From a virus, in IMG/VR virus record IMGVR_UViG_3300006925_000008, positions 33,369 through 97,368 of that record: 64,000 bases of DNA. One strand, written 5' to 3'. Shown here piece after piece: positions 49,021 through 58,127 of this stretch; position 1 is the first letter of the stretch, and every line of letters begins with the position of its first letter. Both the position numbers and the translations under genes were made by a program. Under the pieces are notes generated by a model. That model saw only the letters and a list, made by a program, of their open reading frames with translations, searched no databases and had not been told where the DNA came from.

Positions 49021-51350
49021 GGTGTCCAACTCCCCCTTGAGTTTTTCCAACTGGCTATCTCATCGGCTCCCATATCAGACAACCATGGCATGTTCGCATA
49101 TGCAAACATTTCGGGAACCTTCTTTGCATCCGACTTTACATTGCCCTCCCACCTATCGGCGGTGGCAAACTCCCCACCCTCGGACTCATCAACAAACTTG
49201 GTGTTTTCAGGATGAGGCGTGTCATGCCATGTCACGGGTATGCCCCGCTTGGCCAATGTTTGAAACAATTGACCAATGATGTCTGAATCCTCACTACGCC
49301 ATCCAGTGTGCTGGCCTTCTTGACCTCGATAAGGAGGGTCCAAAGCAACTGCGAAGTTTTCCGGCATTCGCTTTTGGTTGATCAGGTCTTTTACACCCAT
49401 ATTCAGAATGTTTGAATTGCGAAGGGTTCTATGATAATCGCCAAAGTCTGTCTCATCCTCGGTGATTCCGTAAGGCATTGTTCCACCCGCATAATATGCT
49501 GGTTGCCTTAGACCACCTTTACCCATCCATTCAGGTTTAGCCGCATCTGATTTAGCCCATTCAGGTCTAACCTTGCCAAAGTTGCCCTTTGCATCCGAAG
49601 TCCATATGTCCTCATCATCTTCACTCAATCCAAAGCGGTCCCGGTTTATTTTCCCCGAATTGATGATTGACTCCACTGATGAACCAAAGCCTCGCCCCGC
49701 ACTTGCTCTTGGTCTAGGTCCGGGCATATTCATGTGGCCACCTTTATTGTAGCGGAATGATTGCGAATAGGCGTTCTTAGAGAGGAACCATGTGAGCCTC
49801 AATAACTCAATCTCTTCATCAGGAGTAAGTCCGGCTACTTTTCGTTTGTCAGTCAAACGATTGAAACGGTCTTGTTGCTTGTAATAGTTGATTCCATAGA
49901 AGACACCTTCTAGGTCAGGCATACCAAATTGGTCAATCTCGTCTTGTGTGACGGGTCCACCGACTGGCATTTCAGGCGAACCCTCCTTGCCTTTGTATGA
50001 TGAAAAGGTCGGTGTTTCGCCAACACGAGTCAAAACCATATCCTGCAAAGCCTTTGCATCAAAGATTTCAGGGCGGTATTTGACAGCATTATGCAGGCTT
50101 GCCATCTCACGGCTTAAATCCGAACCTATGTGTGAGGGGGGTTGTAAACCATATGTGATTCCGCCACCACCCATGAATGGTTCAACAAGAGTTGTCCCCT
50201 CCTCCATAAGAGGGGCATACGCTGATTGATATTGCCTCCTGTAAGGTTTTTTCAAATCAGCCATATTCTTCACGCCCATGATCGATGCTAAGGGTTTCAA
50301 TGGTGCAGGCCTGTCCCATTTGACAACAGACCACGCATCTTCAAATATCGCTGATGATTCATCTGAACGGATAATGTCTCCCGACAATGCCTGCTCATAC
50401 ACCCTGCGTCCTTGGGGGGTCAAATCGTCAGGGTTGAAGTAAAGCCCATAACGACCAGTAGCCAAACCTTGGTTAATGCCATGCTTGCCTTCTGTTGCTG
50501 ACATAGTTGGAGGGACAGGAACACCTGCTTTTCCTTCATGCTCAACATATCCACTAGCATAGCCCGCACTAGGAATCATCAAAAGAGGGTCCACTGAACC
50601 TGTGACCTGATAATCTCTAGCCTCACGCCATGGCCTGCCTTCGTCCTCTCGATATTCACGCCTGCCTTCTTTGTCTTGGGAGAATACACTGTAACCTAAC
50701 CGAGGCATTTCATACCCCTCTTCATTGAATAAAGCAATGTCTCCTTGATATGTGCGGCCCACATTGAAACCTAAATCGCCTAGGTTTTTTCGCCCCTGCA
50801 TTAAATCAAGCATCAACTGCTGATCAAGATTACCTTGAGTCCACAAATGCCGAGACCTAACGCCGCTAAATGGTTTTTTGAACCTATCTGAATGAGACCC
50901 CTGCATTGGTCTTCCTTCTGAATCTCTATGCATTGTCCCGTGAAATGCCTGCCTTTGCTGTCCTTCATCAACGGCAATACGAGGTTTCTGAAGTGGCATT
51001 GCATTGGCAACGGCTACGACTGACGGAGAGCCAGTGCCAAACTTGCGTTCAAGGCTCAACATTGCTGAAGACTTGTCATTGACGGGGTTGGGGGAATGAA
51101 ACTTTGATTGAGAGATGTTTCTGAACATCCTTGCGTCGGCTGGTTCGCCTAGAGGGTCTTTTGACTTGAATTGCTTAGGCGGTTGCATAAACCGTGTGTC
51201 ATCAATGTTTTTTTGGTCAGCCACTGGATACATTGTCAAGCCAGTTTGACTAACCACTCCTTGGCCCGGTCTGCCTCTTTTGTTACCCGGCCATTCTTTC
51301 AATATACTGATGCCCGCTGTGGCGGCTTGGGTATGGCTGTCGCCGGACAT
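49017..51350 (-). CDS. Fusion protein with C-terminal Dam-like N6-adenine DNA methyltransferase domain
   Basis: Motif I LVEPFMGGGG followed by GSD, motif IV ALDPPY; the domain begins right after the internal AIFEDAWSVVK motif. Confidence 0.75.
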   Translation of the reverse strand: MSGDSHTQAATAGISILKEWPGNKRGRPGQGVVSQTGLTMYPVADQKNIDDTRFMQPPKQFKSKDPLGEPADARMFRNISQSKFHSPNPVNDKSSAMLSLERKFGTGSPSVVAVANAMPLQKPRIAVDEGQQRQAFHGTMHRDSEGRPMQGSHSDRFKKPFSGVRSRHLWTQGNLDQQLMLDLMQGRKNLGDLGFNVGRTYQGDIALFNEEGYEMPRLGYSVFSQDKEGRREYREDEGRPWREARDYQVTGSVDPLLMIPSAGYASGYVEHEGKAGVPVPPTMSATEGKHGINQGLATGRYGLYFNPDDLTPQGRRVYEQALSGDIIRSDESSAIFEDAWSVVKWDRPAPLKPLASIMGVKNMADLKKPYRRQYQSAYAPLMEEGTTLVEPFMGGGGITYGLQPPSHIGSDLSREMASLHNAVKYRPEIFDAKALQDMVLTRVGETPTFSSYKGKEGSPEMPVGGPVTQDEIDQFGMPDLEGVFYGINYYKQQDRFNRLTDKRKVAGLTPDEEIELLRLTWFLSKNAYSQSFRYNKGGHMNMPGPRPRASAGRGFGSSVESIINSGKINRDRFGLSEDDEDIWTSDAKGNFGKVRPEWAKSDAAKPEWMGKGGLRQPAYYAGGTMPYGITEDETDFGDYHRTLRNSNILNMGVKDLINQKRMPENFAVALDPPYRGQEGQHTGWRSEDSDIIGQLFQTLAKRGIPVTWHDTPHPENTKFVDESEGGEFATADRWEGNVKSDAKKVPEMFAYANMPWLSDMGADEIASWKNSRGSWTP

Positions 51351-51499
51351 CAGTTATCGGATCAACAGGGAGATGATATGCTTTTTCAATGAATAAGACA
51401 ATAAATCGGTTTTTTATGGTTAGATATGAACAGCCGGGGCAATTGTTAATTTCCTTCAACGATTTCAAACCTACCTCCGAATGGGTTGCCCTTGGTTGT

Positions 51500-52309
51500 T
51501 CACCTTACATTGGACCCGTCGAAGCAACGCTTGCAGTCTCCGCAGGTTCCCTCAATACTTTGATCGTGCGCTTTTCGTATATTCAATGGACATAGTGCTT
51601 TGTATCTATCGCCCTTCTCGTTTAACAATTCTGAATAAAGCAATGCTGGGGGGGAGTAATTGTCGTAAAAAAACAAAGAAACACCATGGTCATCCATTAT
51701 TTGTTGCATGTCAGGGTATTCGCCTTTGTCGCACTGATATGAAAAGAATATACGGTCTTTCATAGGAATGTCTAATGAAAGCACCTTTTCCCTACGCTTT
51801 AGGGATTCTTTATCGAGACTAAAGTGTAAATGGAGATTCGGATAATTCTTTACAAGTTTTGCCATTTTTGGTATTCTTGTCACAATCCATATGACCACAT
51901 CGGGATGATTTTCACCTATGTGGTTCAATGCTTCAACAGATTCAGGGAATAGGTCGCCTCCGCCGTTCCACCGCAGGTAAGTAAGTGAACGCTTACGATA
52001 TTCTTTAATGACTTCTTCAGCGAACCAAATGGGGTCTTTGACACAGTTTTCGTAGCACCAAACCTGTTTTCTTAGAGAATTGGTCCACGCCGTCATCCCA
52101 TTGGCATAATAGCAGGTCTTGACGCACAATTTAGATGGATTGCATGTCCCCTGTATAGGAAAATTAAGCGACCATCCTGATACCTTGTTTGCGCTTAATA
52201 TGTCAGTTGGCCTCTTCAATTCAGGCATTTCGTCGTTTTGGTCAAGTATTTTGAGCCTTATGTCCTTTGTTTTCTTGATAACTCTCGTTACACGGGCTTG
52301 GTCGGCCAT
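51500..52309 (-). CDS. GP88-like Cys-rich (radical-SAM-related) protein
   Basis: NK...SLNFP..GTC...C...CYY, LRWNGGGDL, WIVTR, LHFSLD and CP...CGDCKRCF. Confidence 0.7.
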   Translation of the reverse strand: MADQARVTRVIKKTKDIRLKILDQNDEMPELKRPTDILSANKVSGWSLNFPIQGTCNPSKLCVKTCYYANGMTAWTNSLRKQVWCYENCVKDPIWFAEEVIKEYRKRSLTYLRWNGGGDLFPESVEALNHIGENHPDVVIWIVTRIPKMAKLVKNYPNLHLHFSLDKESLKRREKVLSLDIPMKDRIFFSYQCDKGEYPDMQQIMDDHGVSLFFYDNYSPPALLYSELLNEKGDRYKALCPLNIRKAHDQSIEGTCGDCKRCFDGSNVR

Positions 52310-52346
52310 GATACTCCCACTCCTGTCAACTCTATTAACTGATCAT

Positions 52347-52736
52347 TCAAATCTCACGAGCGATATAGCCTCTTGAATGAATCTCTTTTGGCTTCGTCCG
52401 TTCAACATCGGTCAATGGATACCCAACCGATTTGCCTTCTTTATCCTCTTTTGACCCCTTTGGGACTCTATGTTGTTTTCTATCCCGGTCAAACTCCTGT
52501 GAATTGTTGTATTGCTTTGGCTTTTCAATATCCATAAAGCCGACTAATTCAGCGGGACCTTTGCCCGTCCTGATAATACCGACCTCCTCACCCACATACG
52601 GGTCGAGACTATTGGTCCTTCTAGTTTCAATGGTCTTCTCACCATCAAGTATCATTTCAGTATATGGGGCTTCACTATCATTGATGTTAATCCCCATCTG
52701 TTTAACCAATGCCCACGCTCGGTCAAAGGCCGTCAT
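52347..52736 (-). CDS. Leader-tagged ASCH (PUA-like) domain protein
   Basis: MTAFDRAWALVK leader; PYTEMILDGEKTIETR matches the ASCH GxKxxExR motif. Confidence 0.8.
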   Translation of the reverse strand: MTAFDRAWALVKQMGININDSEAPYTEMILDGEKTIETRRTNSLDPYVGEEVGIIRTGKGPAELVGFMDIEKPKQYNNSQEFDRDRKQHRVPKGSKEDKEGKSVGYPLTDVERTKPKEIHSRGYIAREI

Positions 52737-52760
52737 GGTAATGGGACGCACCGATCATAC

Positions 52761-53180
52761 TTAGGCGATCTGTTTGGTTATAGCCCAAGCATCAACAAAT
52801 GCTTTGTCAGATGATGCAGTGAAGTAATCGGCCAAACGACTCCCGCCTTTATTCCAGTCAGGGTCTTCAGGGTCAATTTCTAAACCGTGAGTATCCTCTT
52901 CAACATCTCTCGGATTAAATCTAGGTTGGGGGTTGGAGGGGTTCATACCCTGCGGGTCCGTGGGGTCCGGCTTGTATCCCCTGAATGGGTTAGGCTTTTC
53001 ATTTTCCCTGCCGGTGTATGCTCGTGGGATAAAACCTGATTGCCTTCTCCCCTCTTTTTCATAATCCTCTAGGGGTATTCCTGTTGTTCGTGGGTCGGTG
53101 TCGTCCCAGTCTTCCTCCTCGTCATCAGCAGGAGCCATTGCCGACTTTAGAACATTCCATGCCCGATCAAAGGCCGACAT
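52761..53180 (-). CDS. Leader-tagged acidic hypothetical protein with a second motif copy at the C-terminus
   Basis: MSAFDRAWNVLK...AFVDAWAITK; TGATG overlap. Confidence 0.7.
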   Translation of the reverse strand: MSAFDRAWNVLKSAMAPADDEEEDWDDTDPRTTGIPLEDYEKEGRRQSGFIPRAYTGRENEKPNPFRGYKPDPTDPQGMNPSNPQPRFNPRDVEEDTHGLEIDPEDPDWNKGGSRLADYFTASSDKAFVDAWAITKQIA

Positions 53181-53665
53181 CAACAATTCCACCGTTTTAA
53201 TGAAGCACCCTTTGGGGTAAGTTTGCCGCCTTTACTGGTTGGTCCCTTGACACCGCCCATTCTTGCACAGAACGATTTACGGCGTTTTGCTTTTTTAGAG
53301 CCGGGTTTGAGGGATGATGGCTTTTCAGTTACAGGTGGCTTCAGATTCGCCCCTTCTTCTCTTTTTGCTTTGGCTCGGCCTTTAGCATTTAATCCACCCT
53401 TTTTGCTGTGTTTGTTTGGATTGTAACCATGAAATGGCTTTGACTTAGCCTTTGTTAAAAGAGATGCAACAAGCACATTGCATGTGCCGCAGTCACAAGC
53501 CGACTTCTTTGTCGATGATGGGACGCAGTTTGGGACTTTACGACCTCCCTTTTCTTTCATACCAACCTGCTTGTATCCGTCCCAGCAAGGGTCTTCCTTC
53601 TCCTCTTTGTATGTCTTTTCCTCGTTTTTCAACAGGGACCATCCATTAGCAAAAGCAGATGACAT
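53180..53665 (-). CDS. Leader-tagged basic protein with small phage modules
   Basis: MSSAFANGWSLLK; PCWDGYKQVGMK...VPNCVP and GGLNAKGRA...RRKSFCARM...RWNC modules, recalled from marine phage proteins. Confidence 0.7.
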   Translation of the reverse strand: MSSAFANGWSLLKNEEKTYKEEKEDPCWDGYKQVGMKEKGGRKVPNCVPSSTKKSACDCGTCNVLVASLLTKAKSKPFHGYNPNKHSKKGGLNAKGRAKAKREEGANLKPPVTEKPSSLKPGSKKAKRRKSFCARMGGVKGPTSKGGKLTPKGASLKRWNC

Positions 53666-53667
53666 AA

Positions 53668-54312
53668 TCATTCCTCGTTTTTAGAGTCCTTTTTATCGCT
53701 TGGTTTCTTAAACTTTGAAGAACCCGGCATAGTGTGAGTATTCTTTCTTGCACGGTCAATTAGACCCTGCCCTAGTTTAGGTGGCTTTGCGGGGTTCTCC
53801 ATGTCAGGAGATTTACCTTTTCTGTCGCCGCCAGCGGTTCGTCTTTTTTCCTCACTACGCTTCTGTTCGTAGTTTTTAGGAGACATTTCACGCATTGGAC
53901 CTTCGCCTTGTCCACCATACGGCTCGCCCGTATCACCTTTGCCGGGGTAGTCTTTTGGATTCGCCATCATTCTTTTTTGGCGTTCCGGGTCCATTTGGCC
54001 CATTGCATCAGGAGGAGTAATGTCTCCCCTATCAAACATTCTTGTTCTTGGAGGCGGTGAGTCGTATTCAGAAGGTGGTCCCGTTGGGTTCATTCCTCCC
54101 ATTGGGTTTTGATGCATTGGAGGGATTTTTTGGCCCTCTTCAACTCTCATGTTGATCAGCGCATCTAGTAAACGGGGGTTCATTCGACGCATGGCATCAG
54201 CATGGGAGCCTTGCCCCAGTGGACCATTGATGGTATTACCATCCATTGGGTCATCACCATACATATTTGGCATTTTAAGCACGCTCCATGCACGCTCAAA
54301 GGAATCGGACAT
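53668..54312 (-). CDS. Leader-tagged Pro/Gly/Met-rich disordered protein
   Basis: MSDSFERAWSVLK leader. Confidence 0.7.
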   Translation of the reverse strand: MSDSFERAWSVLKMPNMYGDDPMDGNTINGPLGQGSHADAMRRMNPRLLDALINMRVEEGQKIPPMHQNPMGGMNPTGPPSEYDSPPPRTRMFDRGDITPPDAMGQMDPERQKRMMANPKDYPGKGDTGEPYGGQGEGPMREMSPKNYEQKRSEEKRRTAGGDRKGKSPDMENPAKPPKLGQGLIDRARKNTHTMPGSSKFKKPSDKKDSKNEE

Positions 54313-54335
54313 GGTTTTGCGAGGGTGTTTAATAC

Positions 54336-54506
54336 CTAAACACTTTCTATAAGACCGGCTTCTTTTATCTCATCCTGCGTCATTTCACGCATCCGCCGCT
54401 GGCATTTACTGCAATTGGGCCTTTTGGCTATTGAATACAACCGATGGATTGATTTTGTGTCAACATTGTAACATCCCCTGCGACATTCGCACCATCTATA
54501 CGGCAT
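54336..54506 (-). CDS. 56-aa zinc-ribbon protein, below ORF-track cutoff
   Basis: Hand translation MPYRWCECRRGC...PNCSKCQRRM...GLIESV*; fills the gap on the coding strand. Confidence 0.6.
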   Translation of the reverse strand: MPYRWCECRRGCYNVDTKSIHRLYSIAKRPNCSKCQRRMREMTQDEIKEAGLIESV

Positions 54507-54561
54507 AGATTTCAAGAGATGGGCTGTTGGTTTTTGAATGTTTACTTCGGGTCAAAGGGTT

Positions 54562-55275
54562 TTATTGTCCCCTCTCTCTCAAACGCCTTACAAAGTCATG
54601 TGGTTTTGAACCACCAATCAACATATCATTTGTTGTGATTTTATCCCAAAGTGGTTGTTCACCGTATAACTCTTCAAGGGCTTCATACAATTCCCCTGAA
54701 TGCACTTCATCGCCTCGTAAATCGGGATAAATAGATTCCCAGTGGCCACGCCCTCCTTTTCGGGGCGGGAGGAATATATTATCCCATGCCTCATCCTCAT
54801 CACCATCATCGGAGTAATGTTCTTCCTCAAAGTCATCCATTTCTTCGTCATACAAATCCGAGTCAATGATATTTTGAATGATTTGGGCTATGTGTTCATC
54901 CGGCAATTTTTTTGAATGAGGCGGGACAACCCCTTCTTGATCATGAAAAGCCACACGGCCTCTTTCAATTGCGCTTGAAATACCATTACCCATGTATTCT
55001 TCATCCCTCGGAACATCAATGTATTCATCCTTTGGCGCAGTTGCCATGTGTAATTCGGGATAATGCACATTTGCATCAACAAAAGGCGAACCCTCGTAAT
55101 CGTTGCGTGGACCAAACATTGCGTAAGCCAAAGCCTTTGATTTGTGCGGTGTCCAATATCCTGTGTCTTCGTCACCAGTCCTTCGACCTTGGTATAAATA
55201 ATCAGTCTGCAAACCGCCGTCCTCGACGACAAAAGGCATTTTGAGAAGACTCCAAGCCTGATCGAATGCGGTCAT
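54562..55275 (-). CDS. Leader-tagged protein, possible ADP-ribosyltransferase-like fold
   Basis: MTAFDQAWSLLK; LYQG...GYWTPHKSKALAYA; paralog of 57378..58127. Confidence 0.5.
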   Translation of the reverse strand: MTAFDQAWSLLKMPFVVEDGGLQTDYLYQGRRTGDEDTGYWTPHKSKALAYAMFGPRNDYEGSPFVDANVHYPELHMATAPKDEYIDVPRDEEYMGNGISSAIERGRVAFHDQEGVVPPHSKKLPDEHIAQIIQNIIDSDLYDEEMDDFEEEHYSDDGDEDEAWDNIFLPPRKGGRGHWESIYPDLRGDEVHSGELYEALEELYGEQPLWDKITTNDMLIGGSKPHDFVRRLRERGQ

Positions 55276-55782
55276 TCAATAATCACCTACTTCTGTGTGC
55301 CATCTCATTTTTTCCCGCCAATCACGGTCATTTGGGTCTTGGAGAATATGCGCCAACGACTCCCAACCATATTTCAAATCTCGCTTCCTGTTTTGTAATT
55401 TCCAACTAATCACATCATCTAAGGTAAGAGCATGACCGTATTCATGGTTGTAATTTTTAATAAAATCCCTGATAAATCGTTCCTCAAAAAGTGGATGGCT
55501 CGCATCCTTTGATGCCGCAAGCATTTCCTCAAAGCCTTTCATGTCTTCTATTTTGTCAGCATCATCTATCATATTAAAACTGGTTCCCATCGCAATGTTA
55601 GGGAGGTGCAAAAGAATGTTGCCTTCATTTGGTTGGTCGGAGATAAACAGGCCTTCAGGTATGGTCGCCCTATTGCTTTCTTCACCCGTAATGTCTTGAT
55701 AGCGTTTATGCCAATTGCTTTCGCTTGTTGTCAAATCAGGAGATATTTTGATTAAACCCCATGCGGTGTCGAAGGCGGTCAT
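55276..55782 (-). CDS. Leader-tagged HExxH zinc metallopeptidase-like protein
   Basis: MTAFDTAWGLIK; NHEYGH with downstream ESLA. Confidence 0.65.
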   Translation of the reverse strand: MTAFDTAWGLIKISPDLTTSESNWHKRYQDITGEESNRATIPEGLFISDQPNEGNILLHLPNIAMGTSFNMIDDADKIEDMKGFEEMLAASKDASHPLFEERFIRDFIKNYNHEYGHALTLDDVISWKLQNRKRDLKYGWESLAHILQDPNDRDWREKMRWHTEVGDY

Positions 55783-56552
55783 TCATACCCCTCCAACCAT
55801 TTTGGTTTACCGTCAATAGTGAGGGTGTTTGGGTTGTCAGAATAAGGCTCAAGGAGCCGCATCAAATCATTAAATCTCTTAAATCTGCCTTCATCTCTAT
55901 CGTTAAAGAAGTCCAATACCTTTGAAGTCGGATGTTGAATGCCGTAAGGGTTCAATGCTTCCGTTTGATATTTCTCCGGGTTATCAGCCTGAAGAGACCT
56001 ATCAAACTCTATTCCAATACCATCAAGGTCAAAATTGCGTAAGTGTCCCGCACTGTCGGTCCCATAATTTCCTTTATGCCTGTCTTGAATAAGATGTGCA
56101 AGCGCACGATCAGCCACCTCAAATTGTTGATTGACATCCATGTTGCCGCCCCCTCGCATTACATTGGCGTTCAATTTAGGCTGAATTGTATGCTCCCATT
56201 CGGAACCCGGCATTTCAGGGGCTAAAGGATAACCAAGTTGCTCAAGGAATTGAAGAGTTTCTGCTTCATCAGGTTTCATGCGACGGGTCTTGAAACTATC
56301 ACGATAATAATCGTCATCGTGCGGGACCTTAACAACAAAGTCTTCGCTCCATGGGTGTTCAAACACATGAGTTTTTGACCCGCTATTTAGAAAACCCTCT
56401 ATGTCCTCTTTATATTCGTCATCATCAGTGTCCCACTGTTCAATGAAAGGCATTTCATCCTCTTCAACAGGCCCTATGTCTCTAACTTCATCACGCCAAT
56501 TTGGTGTGTAATTTTTGAGAAGGCTCCAAGCCTGATCGAATGCGTCAACCAA
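55779..56552 (-). CDS. Leader-tagged kinase-like protein (PI3K/HipA-type catalytic loop)
   Basis: TTG start behind GGAGG gives MVDAFDQAWSLLK; LNSGSKTHVF, FVVKVP, DRHKGN, NFDLDG. Confidence 0.7.
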   Translation of the reverse strand: MVDAFDQAWSLLKNYTPNWRDEVRDIGPVEEDEMPFIEQWDTDDDEYKEDIEGFLNSGSKTHVFEHPWSEDFVVKVPHDDDYYRDSFKTRRMKPDEAETLQFLEQLGYPLAPEMPGSEWEHTIQPKLNANVMRGGGNMDVNQQFEVADRALAHLIQDRHKGNYGTDSAGHLRNFDLDGIGIEFDRSLQADNPEKYQTEALNPYGIQHPTSKVLDFFNDRDEGRFKRFNDLMRLLEPYSDNPNTLTIDGKPKWLEGYE

Positions 56553-57381
56553 AGAACCGCCTCCTTCGTAATTCATCCATGATACCCTGATGCTCCATGC
56601 CTTCGACAAGCATTGCACCATACTCTTGTTGAGTATTGGGGGGATTGCTTTCTGAATAATACATTGGCTCATATCCCTCGTCTTCAAACTCCATCTCTCG
56701 GTTTTCCTTTAGTGGGCTGAATACCGCCTGATGTCCTTCTTCATGAGCAATGCTGTCAATGATTCTTCTGATCGTGTCCTCTTCATTCATTCCATGATAC
56801 CATGGGTGAGATAAATTAACACCAGTGTAATAATCACGCTCTTTAGAGTCATAATGCGGGTCTAGTCTCATAGAATCCCACCTTCCGGCTGACCCGTCCG
56901 GGTCATCGGTCCCATAATAGAAGTTTGACTTGAGCAAAGTCCAAGCGGTGTCGAAGGCGGTCATAGGTTCACCTGCTAATTTTTCTTGCCAATCATCACT
57001 ATGGGCTTCATCAATATGAAAATCGCCTATTTCGTCTATTTTTGATTCGGGATTGGGGATGAAAATGCGAGCGTGTTTTGGGTCTTTTGGATTCTTTCTT
57101 TTTCTTGATAGGTTTTGTAAATCCTCTTGATAATCAGCCATAGCCTGTTTAGCACCGACATATTCCCCCTTTTCATCGGCTAAACGGTTTGTGCCAATGT
57201 GTGTCCTCTCCATCGATTGTGGTTTGTCGCTATTCGGCATTAAAACCTCAATCGGTTCAGCAACATGAAACCAACGCTGAAATCTATTGAAATCACCATC
57301 TCCCTGATCGTATGCTTCTTGAAGTGTTTTTGCGGTGGCATCCTCTTCGCCTTTGCGCCAAGCGGTGTCAAAGTCGGTCAT
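56545..57381 (-). CDS. Fusion of two leader-tagged modules; C-terminal HExxH peptidase-like domain
   Basis: MTDFDTAWRK start; in-frame internal MTAFDTAWTLLK at 56964 with its own GGTGA; IAHEEGH...EYGA. Confidence 0.7.
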   Translation of the reverse strand: MTDFDTAWRKGEEDATAKTLQEAYDQGDGDFNRFQRWFHVAEPIEVLMPNSDKPQSMERTHIGTNRLADEKGEYVGAKQAMADYQEDLQNLSRKRKNPKDPKHARIFIPNPESKIDEIGDFHIDEAHSDDWQEKLAGEPMTAFDTAWTLLKSNFYYGTDDPDGSAGRWDSMRLDPHYDSKERDYYTGVNLSHPWYHGMNEEDTIRRIIDSIAHEEGHQAVFSPLKENREMEFEDEGYEPMYYSESNPPNTQQEYGAMLVEGMEHQGIMDELRRRRFFG

Positions 57382-58127
57382 ATCCAATCATCCTCCGAAT
57401 ATCCAGCCTCAATAGCGGCCTCTCGTTGCCAATCCTCTAAATCATTCCATTCGCCAAGCATATCAGCCATGCTATCATCATAACCGAGCGTTTCTATAAA
57501 ATCGTCATATTCAGCCGTTCTAAACACATCTCCATCCATCTCATAACTCGGTGGTTTTGGGTTGAACCTCTCAAGTGATTCATTATTCCTGTAAGCAATC
57601 AAGCGGCTTAGAGCGTCTTTTGCGTGTTGCCCTCTTTGTTCACCGCTAAACATTTCGCCTGTTGTTCCACCCAAAGACCCAACTCCTCCAACCCTGTATC
57701 GGCCCTCATCAATGTATTCTTGAAGTAATTCAATAACTCGGTCATGCGATAACCGATCACCCATGTTATCATCATCCATAACACCAATACCGGGGCTAAA
57801 CGGGTCTTCTTGCATTATACCGACTTCGGGTTCTTGAAAATCTCTTGGGTCAATAATGCTGATACTTGGTATTGTTCTCCGCATTGGCGGGGTGGTTTTA
57901 CCTTCTGTATCTCTTCTCCCTCCCTTATCAGCATAAGGAACGGCTGAACCATACAAAGCATAATGCAAAGCAATATCAGGGTCGTTTGAATAATAGCGTG
58001 GGTCATCTCTAAAATCGCCACCGCTATACAACATCTCATCATCACCAATCTGTCTTATTCGGCCACGGTCCGAATAAACATCAATAGGGGCTTTCACCAA
58101 AGACCAAGCGGTATCGAAGGCGGTCAT
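57378..58127 (-). CDS. Leader-tagged protein, possible ADP-ribosyltransferase-like fold
   Basis: MTAFDTAWSLVK; LYSG...YYSNDPDIALHYA. Confidence 0.5.
   Translation of the reverse strand: MTAFDTAWSLVKAPIDVYSDRGRIRQIGDDEMLYSGGDFRDDPRYYSNDPDIALHYALYGSAVPYADKGGRRDTEGKTTPPMRRTIPSISIIDPRDFQEPEVGIMQEDPFSPGIGVMDDDNMGDRLSHDRVIELLQEYIDEGRYRVGGVGSLGGTTGEMFSGEQRGQHAKDALSRLIAYRNNESLERFNPKPPSYEMDGDVFRTAEYDDFIETLGYDDSMADMLGEWNDLEDWQREAAIEAGYSEDDWI

Noticed and set aside
47043-51500. tRNA or structured RNA genes in the larger intergenic gaps (47.05-47.25 kb, 51.35-51.5 kb)
   Set aside because: No cloverleaf or T-loop/acceptor-stem pattern recognised by eye; a tRNAscan/Infernal run would be needed to exclude them.
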